Of a DNA stretch of 64,000 bases, positions 11,622 to 25,616 are shown piece after piece. Positions within the stretch are counted from its first letter, which is position 1. Each line of letters begins with the position of its first letter. The position numbers and the translations under genes were made by a program. Below the pieces are notes generated by a model. That model had not been told where the DNA came from. It was given only the letters and a program-made list of their open reading frames with translations, and searched no databases. This DNA is from Octopus bimaculoides (Eukaryota), in the NCBI RefSeq assembly GCF_001194135.2, contig NC_068994.1:2914519-2978518 (forward strand). The letters run 5' to 3'.

Positions 11622-11730
11622 GTAAGATATTTATTTCCCATAGTTTTATTTAGGTAGCAATCATTATTATAATTTTTGTGAAATTTGTCCTTCTGTAACA
11701 TAATTTCTGGTGTGTTTACAACTACCCCTC

Positions 11731-11768
<38 letters not shown>

Positions 11769-11773
11769 GTATG

Positions 11774-12153
11774 TGTTGGCACTCCGTCGCTTACGACGTC
11801 GAGGGTTCCAGTTGATCTGATCAACGGAACAGCCTGCTCATGAAATTAACGTGCAAGTGGCTGAGCACTCCACAGACACGTGTACCTTTAACGTAGTTCT
11901 CGGGGATATTCAACGTGACACAGTGTGACAAGGCTGACCCTTTGAATTACAGGCACAACAGAAACAGGAAGTAAGAATGAGAGAAAGTTGTGGTGAAAGA
12001 GTACAGCAGGGTTCGCCACCATCCCCTGCCGGAGTCTCATGGAGCTTTAGGTGTTTTCGCTCAATAAACACTCACAACGCCCGGTCTGGAAATCGAAACC
12101 GCGATCCTATGACCACGAGTCCGCTGCCCTAACCACTGGGCCATTGCGCCTCC
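11774..12153 (-). mobile_element. Young full-length tRNA-derived SINE
   Basis: Minus strand begins ggaggcgcaatggcccagtggttagggcagcggactc...ggtttcgatttcc (A box and B box); CpG-rich; sits in the intron after the large exon of gene A. Confidence 0.8.
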
Positions 12154-13246
12154 TATGCATGTATGTATATATATATATATATATATGTGTATATACACAA
12201 ACACATTTCTTAAAGACATTTAGTTAACTTATTAAGAAACTTCTTACTTTCAAAAGTATTAGTTTTTTTTTTCTTTAACTCTGCTAAATGTTTTTAATAG
12301 TCATGTTGAGAAATTTAAATGCATTTATCTGCATACATACATTCATACATATTGAGAGACAGACAGATAATAGTATTGTTATATTTGTATGAATGTGTCC
12401 ATGTGAATGCATATGTGTGTGCCATTATATAGAGAAAGAGGGAGGAGAGAAAGAAATGTGATAGAGAAAGAAAGAATGGTAATTCATATTTTTTCATATA
12501 AACTTGTAAGAAGCAACTTATTTTAAAAGATCAACTGCCCAGAACCAGCTAGAAATATTGATAATTTCTGTTATGTTAGTGACCTAACCAGCAGTGGAGG
12601 TGAGTGTTGTGAAAATATAGGAACCAAAGGAAAGGCAGGTGGAAAAGTTCAGGCAGCAATTATCTTGGCAACAAAAGTCTTCCTAACGGAGTGAAGGGCA
12701 GTTTCTATGATGCTTGGGTATGAAGTGTGAAATTGCATTGTTATGTAATATGGGTAGAAGATGTGAAGGCTGGAAAGAAATGTGGTGAACATACCTTTTT
12801 GAATGTGTTATGAGTATAAATGAGAGAATGGATGCGCTAATGGAAAAATGAGCATAAAAAGAATCAGCTGTGGTATGTAGCGGGGAAGACTATAATGGTA
12901 TAGATACATGAGACATAAGATGGATGACAATTAAGGGAATGAAACTAAGGGATCCAAGTGGAAGAATTCTGCTGAAGAAGAAGACCTTTCAAAGGAGATT
13001 ATGATGGACCATAGCCAGTGTTAGGATATGCTGGAGATGAAACATCTAACTCATGTAAGCATAGAAAAATTAATGTCAAATGTTGATAATGATAAAGGCA
13101 CTGTATTCTGTATCTTCTATCTTTCCATGTTCCTTATAGTTGCATTGGAGATAGGGTATACAAATATACTTTGTGCATCAAGTTGTAATGTAAAAACTTC
13201 ATATAACTTGTTCCAAGTAACTTTCATGATTATTATTATCTGACAG

Positions 13247-13406
13247 CATTACAATAAGGATGTGGAAGAGAGTTCAACTGAACAAAAATGTTTTAATGCC
13301 AGCATTGTGACATCAAACAATCTAAATGATACACTACCCTCTCTTAAAGAACGGAACCGTGGGTGGAGTGAAAGTGACATTACATCTCAGAAATCTGGAG
13401 CATCAG
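13247..13406 (+). CDS. Protocadherin A penultimate cytoplasmic exon
   Basis: tgacag acceptor; HYNKDVEESSTEQKCFNASIVTSNNLNDTLPSLKERNRGWSESDITSQKSGAS; 160 bp; donor g|gtaatt. Confidence 0.88.
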
Positions 13407-13720
13407 GTAATTATATAGTAATTCAGAACATTCTAATTGAAATTATATAGTAATTCAGAACATTCTAATTTATGAAAGTAACAAATTTAATAAATAAATT
13501 CTGTAAATGAACTCCATAAATGAATTCAATAAATGAAATGAAATTTTATTATTTAGTAAAACAAAAAATAATTCAAAATAGCTTTTAGCATTTTAAAATA
13601 GTTAATGTTAGATTTTATTTCTAAGAAACAAAGAATCATATAGATTTAGTAAACAGTTTTACAAATGTACATGTCTCATGGAAAACAATACAGTAAACTA
13701 CGTTTTTATATATTTTTCAG

Positions 13721-13800
13721 AATACAGTAACTATCGACCAAACATACCTCCTACACCAAAACATGATCAAGAACAAGAAACTTATCTAGAGCCTGTATAG
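13721..13800 (+). CDS. Protocadherin A terminal exon
   Basis: tttttcag acceptor; (E)YSNYRPNIPPTPKHDQEQETYLEPV* ending TAG at 13798-13800. Confidence 0.88.
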
Positions 13801-14010
13801 CATGCAATCAATACATCATTAGTACTTCTGAAAAATAATGCAAAATAATCTCCCCAAAATTTTATCATTTTCTCAAACAATATTCAATTCAGTAAGATGA
13901 ATGGTTTATAAATATTATTTTCCTTAATTAACATAGAATCTAAATAGCACTTGATAGCATTCCTGTAAGTCTGTAACTTCAGTTGAATTTTATTCATTAT
14001 AATACAAATT

Positions 14011-14205
14011 AAGGTGGTGAGCTGGTAGAACCATTAGTGCACCAAGAAAAATGCTTAGCAGCATTTCGTCTCTCTTTACATTCTAAGCTCAAATTCCATC
14101 AAGGTTGATTTTGCCTTTCATCCTTTCAGGATGCACTGGGGTCAATGTAATTGACTTAACCCCTCCCCAAATTTGCTGGCCTCATGCCAAGATTTGAAAC
14201 CAATA
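14011..14205 (+). mobile_element. SINE family A copy
   Basis: aaggtggtgagctggtagaaccattag...gcctttcatcctttcagg...ctggggtcaatgtaattgac...tttgaaacc. Confidence 0.75.
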
Positions 14206-14404
14206 TATAATACAAATTATAGATAATGTTCAATTTATATACACATTATTTGAGAAAAGAATGTAATTCTAAAATATTTTGCTTAAAAAGTAATAGCAAA
14301 GGTATATTTTATCCACATACTATCAATTCCTTTCTCACCTTTCATGATCAGAACTATTTATCAATAAGTGATTAACATGAAAAGAGAGGGAGTGGATGTT
14401 GTAA

Positions 14405-14440
<36 letters not shown>

Positions 14441-15089
14441 CTGAGAGAATTATTGGAAAGATAGGTGAAGTGAAGTGAAGTGAAGTGAACTAGTTAAGTT
14501 TAGGAGCTGATGCTAGTTCAAGGACTGTTTTTAAGATTTTGTCTTCTACTTTAAGAAACTTAGGTATTTTTTTTAAATTACATTTTGTAATTTGAAAATT
14601 GTAATTGTAAAAATGAAAAGTAAAATACTTTATTAAATAATGGTTAGAGTAAAAAAATTGAAGTTAAAATCTACTGAAGAAAAATAGCACCATTTTATTT
14701 ACTTCGTAAAATTTTTATAAGCTACTTTCATAAATTTAGCCATACATACAAATTGACAGTACTCAAGATACTGTTTCAGCTTCACACCAATTATTATGTA
14801 CCAATCTACCTGGAGAAAAAAAATGGCTGAACTTAGGTTCTTGGGGAGAGAATGCAGCTCCTTAATTCATATGATAGAAATGATTATATCATTTAGAACA
14901 ATAAAATTCTCCAAGATCTTAAGATTTAAAGAATAAACAAAAGTAGATGATTTCCTTCATAACCTTGCAGGTGGCTGATCAAAATCAAGTCTAAATTAAA
15001 AAGAGAAAAAGAACATACATACAACCACACACATACATATCTATGTACATGTGTATGTATTCATTGCTTTTTGCTACTCTATCCTACTG

Positions 15090-15210
15090 CCTGATTCACA
15101 ATTCCAGTTCATCAATATATTGCTATTGCAAAATCACTGCTACACAGGAATACTATACCAGGATACATGTCTAGTTACATACTGTAACAACAATGGATTG
15201 GGCAATGCAG
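15090..15210 (+). other. Putative non-coding first exon of gene B (start approximate)
   Basis: Ends ggattgggcaatgcag|gtaagt; shares tacacaggaa(t/c)acta and caggataca with the exons ending 50875 and 60013. Confidence 0.55.
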
Positions 15211-15319
15211 GTAAGTCTTACTAAATTGTAATTTTGATTTGCTATATTTTCAGATATGCATCTTTTAATATTGAAACACAATAGATATATAACTAAAATT
15301 AAGTGTACAAGTCATTAAG

Positions 15320-15540
15320 AAAAAATTGCAGGATCTAATTGTGGACATATGATGCATATTAACGAAGACAGGTGTATAAAGAAGTGCTAATTGCTTAAAG
15401 TGTATAGCACCAGTGAAAGAGGAAGACCCAAGAAGACAAGGGATGAAGTAGTGAGGGCTGATCTCAAAATATTGGACCTCACAGAGGAAATGACAATGAA
15501 GCTAGATGCCTGGTGATATGAGGTTCTTGAGAATCCTCAC
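15320..15540 (+). mobile_element. Decayed RTE-LINE 3' fragment
   Basis: ggacatatgatgcatatt...gaggaagacccaagaagacaagggatgaagtagtgagggctgatctc resembles the GHV...GRGRPRKTW.E.V..DL region at 3589-3807. Confidence 0.6.
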
Positions 15541-18189
15541 CCACCTCATCTTCTATTCCTCACATCTCTTCTTCTTCATGTTGTACACTTATATCTCCCT
15601 CCTGCAGAAGATGATGATGATTTAAGTGTAAACTGATGTTGGGTTGCATTCTTTCTCGTCAAAAAGTACCAAATGCTAAGATCCCTATGATCAACTAAAA
15701 TGAAAACAGTACCCTAGCATTGCTGCAGTCAACTGACTAAAATCAGAAAACATTCATTTATTTTTAGGTTAATTTGATTACTCAAAAAGCAGTCACATAC
15801 TAACAGTATTGCTTCATAAACAACTATATTGACTCAAATTCTTATCTTATATACTCATAATGAATGAATCTTGTACATACTACTCTATTGTTTATAAATT
15901 ATATGTTATATAAATTATATTTATAAATTATATAAGTTCAATTATACCAACTGAATAGGTAGTTGATCACTGTGTATATATAGACTTATGGGTTGCATTT
16001 ATGAAGAATTGAATTGATTTCTTATTGGGAACTTGCTTCTTTTATATCAACATACAGCCAGCTACATGACACAAAATTCACAATGCTTCCCAGTTTCTGG
16101 AAAGTATATCTATATATTGGAATCTCTTGTTCAATATTCAGTTGGCTTCCAGTCCGCTATGTCAGCTTTTTCTCAACTATAATTTAATCATTATGCTCTC
16201 TGATGCCATTAACTGTTAACCAATGCATCCTGAGAAAAGAAAATATAAATAAATTGTCAAACTTATCCCAAACACTCTGTACATCCATATTGCTTTATTA
16301 TGCTGTGCTTATTTATTTATATCATTGCATTAAGTACAATAATTAATTAAATTATCCATTACACTTCACTTAATGTATTCTCGATGAGTTAATTAATTTT
16401 ATTACTAATTAATTAATTATATGCATAGATGACTCTCAAGTTTACAAGTATTAGAGGCATATTCATTAAAGTTTGAAAAATTATGAAAGAATTTCCAGTT
16501 TTGAAAAAAAGCAAGTATGCATTTCCGCATGCCATTTACTCAGTTGACTGAGTGTTAATCACTGTAGATTTATAGATGCTATATAACAAACATGCTACAT
16601 ATACAAATCTACTATAACTCTGAGAATGTGCTGCTAACTCTTTAAGCCTAATTCATATCAAAATGATATTATGTGATTTATAAGAAAGCAGAAATCAAGT
16701 CTCTTGGATGAAATATTTTCTCCTATATTTTTACATTTCAGAATATAAAAGCAAGCAACCAGAAGTACTTCTGAAGTAAGAAAAGAAACTATACACAGAT
16801 AGCAGATAATAATTTTCAACAAATAATCTTCCGACTCTGTTAGCATTTATGATTTGTAGATTAAATTAATAGCTAATGAGTTTCACTTAAATGTCAAATT
16901 CCAAACCAATCCTTATATGAATTATATGCAAATATTAAATTATTTTCTTTTAAGATTCTACCATACTTAACATTCTAACAAGATAATATTTTAATCTGAT
17001 GGTTACAAAAATATTTCCACTATGAAAATAATAGAAACCTTATACAGAGCAAAATGTAATTGATGTTTCCAATAGATTTATTTCCAGTTGAAAAGGAAAG
17101 ATGAATCTGAGTTTCACATAAAAAATAAACAAAAAATGTATATAAAGCACACCAAACACTCACACATGCACTAAAATATATTTCAAAATTTTCAAATTTC
17201 TGTTGTGATAATAGATATTTCAACTGAATTAATATTTATCCATGAGATAATTTCATTGCTATGTGTAGCTCATGATATGCCTTGCATATTAAAGTAATAT
17301 TGCTAACATTTGAGTTCAGTTTGATTAGGCTTCAAAATGCATCTTATATAAACTGATTGTCATAGACTTATTCAAAGTGTTTGTCACCATAAAATTGCTG
17401 TAATACATCTCATGAAATATTACACTGAGACATAATATCAGACACAGCCTTCAATAACAATAAAAAAATAAATAATATAGGTAAGCCTTTAAATTTTTTC
17501 TTCACAAATTTGCTGCAATAACGCAGTTTCTTAAAGCATTAAAAATAGCCAAGAAGCTGCAATAATATCAGGTATTCATTCTTCAAAAATTTCTGTTAAG
17601 GATAATATGAAGGTAGAATCTACAATCAGAGAAAACTAACAAGTAATCCACAAGAGTATAAAAAATGCCACACAGTATTTATTCCAACTCACTGTACTTT
17701 GAGTTCAAGTAGCATTAAAGCCGATTTTGCTTTTCATCTAAGTAGGGTTCATAAAAAAAGTACCAATTCAGGGTGGTGGTGGATTGGTGTAACTATCAAA
17801 ATGTCAGACCAGATACCTTGTAATATTTGTTCTAGATGGGCCTTGTGCTTAGAGTAGAAAAGAATATTTGTTCTAGATTTTTGTATTCTATATTCAAATC
17901 CTGCTATGGCTTACTTTGGTGGCAGACCTAATCCATTACCCAGCTTAACACCACTACCTCATACTTTGGGGGCCTTTGGTGGGATCCACTATATTGCAAG
18001 CATTTGAGTCAGGCTTTGGTTTAAGAATACCTCCTTCCCACCAATCTCAGAAACCCTGAAAAGAGTCATAAGCACTGCCTTCCATCCTGACTAAGTTTTA
18101 AAAAATTAATAAATGTAATTGCCATATGGAAAAGAACAAAAGCATTTTGAGATCAGGCCCTTAAAATTATTTAAGCCTATTTCTCATTA

Positions 18190-18331
18190 TATTATTTACA
18201 TTATTTACAAGACAGGTATTTGTCCTCATTTTGTTTGTTGTTAACACATTTCGGCTGATATACCCTCCAGCCTTCATCGGGTGTCTTGGGAAATTTCGAA
18301 TATGGGTTCTCATTCCTAAGATATTTTTCAA

Positions 18332-18369
<38 letters not shown>

Positions 18370-18692
18370 TCACTGCCTGGAATCGAACTCAGAATCTTGG
18401 GATTAGTAGCCCACGGGCATATGGCATAGTGGTTAAGAACGTAGGCTACGAACCCCAAGATTCCGAGTTCAATTCCAGGCAGTGACCTGAATAATAATGA
18501 TAATAATAATAATAATAATAATAACATTGAAAAATACTTTAGGTTTGAAATTTCCTCAAGACACCTGATGAAGGCTGGAGGGTATATCAGCCGAAATGTG
18601 TTAACAACAAACAAGATGAGGACAAATATCCGTCAACTGTAAATAATGTAAATAATGTACATAATTCCTCATCTCTTAAATATAGAACTGTA
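18190..18692. mobile_element. Head-to-head inverted pair of a tRNA-headed repeat with a Penelope-type tail
   Basis: ~18190-18412 is the reverse complement of ~18445-18660; head gggcatatggcatagtggttaag...ctacgaa...aagattccgagttcaattcc, then (aat)n, then a tail ending cttaaatatagaactgta. Confidence 0.8.
18560..18602 (+). ncRNA. Degenerate minimal type I hammerhead ribozyme motif
   Basis: gacac-CTGATGA-a-ggctg(loop)cagcc-GAAA-t-gtgtt; stems I and II pair but the stem III/cleavage triplet is shortened relative to 43192-43237. Confidence 0.5.
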
Positions 18693-21019
18693 TTATTTCT
18701 CATTAGTTTTATTAAATATACAAAAGCGATAACAAGAAAAATCACTGCTATATATATTTAAAAAACTAAAATTACAATCTTTAAGATCATAATTTGATGA
18801 TTAACATCACTAGTGATGTGTAAAGCATAGATGATTATAATTTCTTGCGATAACATATAGATGTACCATAAGTAAGTTATGTTTTCAAACATAAACATTT
18901 TCATGCTATCATGATTATAGAAAACTCTGTATTTAGCAAACTGTAAAAATATGATTTGATATTTGGTCATTATTTCGCTATTTTATTTAACTTTGTTTAG
19001 TGAATGTGGATGTATATTTAAATTAGTTCGTTTAATGAATTTGGATGTGTATTGTTTATCATATTTTTAATAATAATCTTCAAATTCCAGGCTCATATTC
19101 TTTCGATGGATTCACAACTTATATAATTGCATATAGATAATATATATATGAAAGGAAAATTTGTCTATTTCCTTAAGTTGAAACCAAAAGAAACTCACAA
19201 CATTACAAAATAAACTAGATATCTGAGATTGAACTTCTGGAAATCTTAGAGAAGTAAATTCAAAAACAATTTTTTAAATATGGACTTTTAAAACAAGTTA
19301 AAGAAAATGCATTTCATTTTCAAAATCTTTCTTTGTTAAAATCATAAACTGAATTGTTTTCAATAATGGATGTAAAATTCTTCTGTGTTGTAATTAATAC
19401 CATGCATGAAAAGATAGGTTTAAAGGAAATGTTGTTGAGCGGCATCATTAAAATTTAGTGTAAATTCATGATTTCATTAAAATTTCATTAAAACAAAACA
19501 TCTGATTCACCAATTTTTTCCAATCAACCTGATACTTTTACCCAGGCTGTGAGCTATACATAACTCAACATGTATGATGTTAACTGCCATCTTATGTAAT
19601 TAAGCCATTATAAGTTGTCTGTTGTTGTATTATAGATCTTTTTTAATTTGTAATTAAATTTTGTAAATATGGGGTGAAATGTAAAACTATTCTGATTGGC
19701 AAGCTCAATTATGCAATGCAGTTTTCCTTTTTTTAATAAACTGTTTCAAATTATGTTGATAATGATGTCAAATAAATAAATCAATATTCTATTTATGTTG
19801 AGAAAAATAAAAAAAAATTATGTACAAAGCTATTTAGTGTTTTTACATATGAAAAGTTAAATGCCTATTTGGAATTTCATATTGTAACAATATAAGAAAT
19901 TCTTGTTTAAATATTAAAGCCTTTGAAAGTCAGTACTAAATAACTATTGATATACACCATCATATTTTTCTCTTTCACAATATAATTTATTTTTTTTATT
20001 TTTTACATTTTAAGTTCACTATTTCAATGTACAAATTGTAATTTTTCTCATTAGCTGCCTTGGAATGATTCTAGATAAAATTATATGCATTCATGAAACT
20101 AAAAATATCCAACTTTAAATGAGAAGCATCTATATGAACATCATTGTTCTCTCTGAATAATGTAAGAATCCCTTGGAAATATAATAAAATATCAGTTCAT
20201 GGACAACAAAAGATATTGTTTGCAGTTGCTTCCATTCATTACACTTTTTTAATTTCACAAAATTATGAAAAAAGAATTATAATTTAAAGGTCAAATTTAA
20301 TTTTAACTGAACTATGGTGATTATTTTTCTTGCTTAATTTAAACACCTAATTAAACATGTATATAAGAAAAAACTATTTAAATTTATTTTCCAATTTGAA
20401 TGTGGAGTACCATAATCCATGAAGTAATATTGCATGTATCAAAGTGAAAGAAGACATATTTCGAATAATATGTCAATTAACATATATTTTGTTCTTGAAA
20501 ATTGGAACTTTTTTTACCTTATTAATTTGGACCTCAGGAAGGAGCTACGCCCATGGCCATTACTCCACAAGACTAACAAGAAAGATACTGCTAATATTCA
20601 GCTTAATGTGCTACAAGTCAATTATTGCAGGAACTATATGTGATGTGTAGGGAGGATATTCCAGAAAACTAATGTTCAAGGGAAGAAGGAGAGGGCATGA
20701 GAGCCAATACTGAGAATTAGTTACAATGTGGGTAATAACTGGAGAAGAGGTAAGTGAGTCAAGAGAACCTGAGTGGAGGTGATTCAACACATGCCAGCAC
20801 TGAAAAGCAAAAGCTATTGAATTAGTATCAGGAAAGGCAGAGAGAAGAGATGGCATATCAGTGGGCCAGAAGTTAAAATTTGTCAGTGACAAACTTTAAT
20901 TTCAGGCAAATGAGTCTAACTTCATATCAATCAGTCAAGAGGCTTTCCCCTTAATGCAGCTAGGATGGTTGTGTGTTGTAACAATATCATCCCTGATATA
21001 GGAGCTGTATCCATTGTGG

Positions 21020-21818
21020 AGAACAATAGGTACCAGTTGAGCACTGGGGTCAAAAAGTTAACTGGCCCCCTCCCAACAATTTCAGGTCTTGTACCTATAA
21101 TAGAAAGGATTATTATTATTATTATTATTATTGATTGAGAGACCGGTGTATGCCATCAAAGGGACACTGGGGTAAAATATACAAAGCCCAGTCTAACCAT
21201 CATGATTACCCATCTGATAAGGGTACACTAGGCACATGCATCACAACCATATGTACGCAACATAGTGATCTCATATCAAGGTAAACAGTGCATGACCTTG
21301 CAGGTGGGGCCCAGTTAGAATTTTTTTCAGGTTCAGTTGCCCATCCCGCTCAAAAGGTCCCTAAATAAGTGTTGTTTAAGGATGTTGAACAAAACACCCA
21401 TGTTTCCATAGATGAATTATCCAAACCCCAAAGAATTCCTCTCAACACATGGCTATGATGCTCCCCCACTACTTATATTGTTATTATTATTATTATTCAA
21501 CTTTGCCTTTCATCCTTCAGGGATCAATGAAATAGGTACCAGTTCAACACCGAGGTCAGTGTAATTAACTGGCCCCCTTCCTCAAAATTTAAGATCTTGC
21601 ACCTATAATAGAAAGGATTATTATTATTATTATTATTGTTATTATTATTATTATTATTATTATTTGACTTTGCCTTTTATCCTTTCGGAGTCGATTAAAT
21701 AAGTACTAGTTATGTTCTGAGGTTAATGTAATTGACTTAATCCCTTCCCCCAAATTTGAGGTCTTGTGCTTCCAGCAGAAAGAATTATTATTATTATTAT
21801 TATTTTGTTGTTGTTGAT

Positions 21819-21868
<50 letters not shown>

Positions 21869-21870
21869 TT
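21020..21870. repeat. Nest of SINE family A fragments with (ATT)n tails, an intervening repeat, and a (TAG)n run
   Basis: Three taccag/tactag...ggtc...aactggccccc...cttgt.cctataatagaaaggattattatt segments (~21030, 21500, 21665); (gta)n at 21820-21868. Confidence 0.7.
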
Positions 21871-24800
21871 AAATTAATTTATAACCACATTCCTAACAAA
21901 TAAATCTTACTGATTCCTATCCAAGCCTTCTCTAATTGAAGCTAAAGCTTTTCAGAGTAAAAACATTTTTTTCTCCTTAATATACTTGAAGTAAACTATG
22001 CTAATCATTGCAGCAATTGTGAGTAGATTACTAATAAGTCACACAATGTTAAACCTAAATAATATACTTTGACAAGTAGTGCTAAGTCAAGAAAAAAATG
22101 AAAATCCATAATCCTTAATGGGAAACAAGAAGCATGTACAGACTATTTCAGCAGCTGCAATAACAGTAGTTTGCAGCCAAAAATCAACTATAGCCTTAAA
22201 TACAAACAATCATCACAATGCAAAGTATAGCCTTAGATAGAGCCTATCATAAAGCAGACAGAAATTTGGGGAAGGGATCCTACTGTTCATGAAAGGCATA
22301 GGAGAGAACAATGACTGCAGAAGTAGGGCAAAGAGAAGAGAGACAGAGAATGAAGTAGAGGAAAAAGAAAATATTAGAATGACAAATCCTTTGTCCTTTA
22401 ATAAAAGAATGCGGAATGTTGTATTGACAAATAATCATCAATGTGAAAATTAAACAGTATGCAATAATACTGTGATATAACCTATCCACAAAGTTTGTAT
22501 AAAATATTTTAAGGGATTGTATCATTCCTAGTTCATTAGCACTCCATTACCAAAGGTATTGATGAAAATTATATCAGAACTGATGGATATACTATAACTT
22601 AAAAATTATCAAATAAGTATAACATACTCATACACATGTTTCAAATGTAATCATATCCAATATTTCCCATTATTATATTTACGTTCAAAACAGAGGAAAT
22701 TAGATATTTGCATCTTAATTATTTTTCCAACAACATTCCACAAAAAGAAAACAGTACTTCTACAAATTATCAAAAATTCTACTCTAATTTCTACTGACTC
22801 ATCATCTAAAGAGAAAAAAACTATCAAGAGAAGAATCAGATTAATCTAAAGACATATCATTAAAAATAAATATATAAATAGAACTGAAAGATTAACAATT
22901 TTTTAAAAAATTTTCCAGAAAATATTATTTTATAAAATTCCGAAGTAACATAATCTAAAACATGAATGCCAATACTATGTGTCATTAGGAAAAAAGTCAT
23001 TTCTATTAACAGGGGGAAACCAAGGGTGGAGGGGAGACAAAAACATGAGAAAATATATGGAAAGGAGAAAGAATTTGTTGAGATACCAGCATCTGGAAAT
23101 CGAGTTAAATTATTCAAACTAGTTCTTTTAAGTACATTATTCAACTTTAAAATATCTACTTAAAGGTCTAAATTTGATTTTTAAAAATATTGAATTCTCA
23201 TTAGAAAAATTGATTTAAAAACTTTTTAGTGTTTAAATATACATGAAGGCAGGAAAGTAGAAAATTGTTTCTATGCCTTAAAATGTTGAAGGGATGTTCT
23301 TGTAATACCAGCAAAAAACTCCATGTTTTATAACAATTCTTGTTTTACTTAGCTTCTAATAAAAATTATAAAAGTTTCCTCTGTCTTAAACCTATGTAAA
23401 AAAAATGAGAAAAATATTTACCCTTTGAGAACCATTATAATTAAGCTGCCATAAAGCAGTTTTATATCCCAATCTATCTTTTGTTGAAGAATGTAATGTT
23501 TGAAACTATATTTTATTGAAATATATCAAGTTTATTGAGGCAACTTAGCTTAAAGAAAATACCAATTCTATTTTCTGGTAGATATTCAACATCATTACTG
23601 GAATAACCATGAAATTTAATTTCACAGTTAAAGGATTCAAATATCACCGTTGACATTTTATATCCACTCTCCATGTTGGTATGGATTAAACAGATCATTA
23701 TGGTCTGAGTCAGTTCATATTGAATGTTACTCCCATCTTAGTTGGGTTAGAGAACCACATCTTGCTCATAAATTTAGGTTTTGGTTTGGTTTCTATGGTA
23801 AGATGGTCTTCCTGTTAACAGCCACCTCACGACACATACTGGGTGCATTTTAATGTAGGACCAGCATAAGAGAGGCTATCATGTCTCCAGCAAACAAAAG
23901 CTCTTTCACTCCCACATTCTCAACTCATTCATCAACCACTTTACTGCACATACTGGATGTATTTTATCATGGTACCAATGCAAGTGAGACTGCCTTTTAT
24001 CCCTTAAGACTAAAGAGTCTTCACTACTCTATAAAGTGGTCGTTCACTCAAGTTAATGTGCTTAAGAAAATAGAAAGAGCAATGACAGAAGAACTAGGAG
24101 GGAGCAGTTAAATATTGCAAGAGTATGATGGCAGAAACAGAGTGATTGCATGAAAGGATGGTAGAAGGGAAGAGAAAGTAATAGAAAGTATTAGAGTTGG
24201 ATGTTGACAATAGTAAGGGTGAGTGATGGATGTCAATAGCAAGTGGCTTAAGGAACAAGAGAGCGATGACTGGTAGTAATGACTGGCAGTATAGAAAGGG
24301 TGACGGTAGGGTGTATGAGATACTGTCATCCTTAGTTACTCAGATGCAATACAATAGTAAATGTAAGAGAGAAGGAGGAAGTGAGTAAAGAGAGGAGAGT
24401 AATGGAGAAATGAGTGACAGAGAAATGAGAAGATACCAAAGAGGAAGTAACACATGCAGGCTTGATGAGGACTTATTGGGTTTTGTACACAGATGAGTCT
24501 TCTCCAGCACTGCATGTTACCACTCAGCCCAGTTCTTTGTCTATCTCTTTCATGAAACTCAGTATCTAGAGGCCTTGATAGAATCCAAAATGTCTGTATT
24601 TTGATAGCTGACAAAATGCCTTTACACAAAGGAAACTGACACATTTATGCTTTCTCAACTGTATAAATGTAACCAGTGGATGATGCTACATATGTAAAAA
24701 TTCTGACAAGTTATATTTTGAGTAGAGTATGTTGTGTAAACTATAGTGTCAGAAACTTTTTTTGTTTTTTGGTAGTTTCTCAGAGAATGTTCCACGTGAT

Positions 24801-25499
24801 AGCATTTTCATTTAAATAAGGGATCTTAAGATAACAACTGTGTTACAGTGGTTTCTTTCTTTTTATCTTAGTGTTTCATTACACTCTCATAAAGATTTGT
24901 TGTGATGCAATGGTATGCCTGGGAAAGGAATAAATGTGGCAATGTCCATTTTCCCAACTCTATAAATCAAAAACTTTTATTAATATACACATAACTGTAT
25001 TTGCAATCTTTATCTATGAGGTCACTCTTAATCAAGCATAATAATACAATGGTAAATGATGGCATGTACTGATAATTGTAATATTAACTGAAGTAAATAT
25101 GAACAAAAACATTAAAAAAAACAATATGTCAGTAAATTTGTCAAATTCAACATTACATATGCATTTAACAATACTATCTGAATAACAAAAATGTTATTTT
25201 TAAGTTGTTGACTAATTTTTGTTTATTGAAATAAGTAAGAGATATACTTGCAAAATAAGTGAAAATATATTCAAATAAAATCGGTATTTCATAGATGTTT
25301 TTATCAAAATTACTTTTAAATCTATTTTTGATAGGGAAAATACATGAGAAAATGTTTTGTTTTTTTTTTTGTCAAAGGCTTTATGTATTTTATGTATTGT
25401 ACAGCAAGCTAACTGTTCTGTACTCAAGTAATTTTTCCTGTACTTAGAGTTCATGCAATAGCACAAATGAAGAGAAAAATGTTAGCTGCTGTCTCTCCC

Positions 25500-25616
25500 T
25501 ATCTGACTCACACCTCTAGTCCATCAATATTTTCACATTCTTGCTGCAGCAGTTATAAAGAACAGTACAGAGATGTAGCAGTCTTGTCACATACACTAAC
25601 TTCAACAAAAGAGCAA
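25500..25616 (+). other. Possible alternative or additional 5' non-coding exon of gene B
   Basis: Consensus donor caa|gtaagt at 25616/25617; contains gcagcagtta as in other first exons; no terminal ATG. Confidence 0.3.

Noticed and set aside
11622-11657. ORF-track C-termini extending past PQ (VRYLFPIVLFR; likewise 29786-29821, 48836-48859, 58040-58069)
   Set aside because: These are intron read-through beyond GT donors and are not conserved among paralogs; intron-retained isoforms cannot be excluded without RNA data.
13408-13470. ~30-bp tandem duplication just after the donor
   Set aside because: AT-rich slippage duplication that does not copy the splice donor.
18415-18490. Possible tRNA gene (also 43048-43120 and 12080-12153)
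   Set aside because: Acceptor stem and arms pair poorly and each continues into a repeat body; these are SINE heads.
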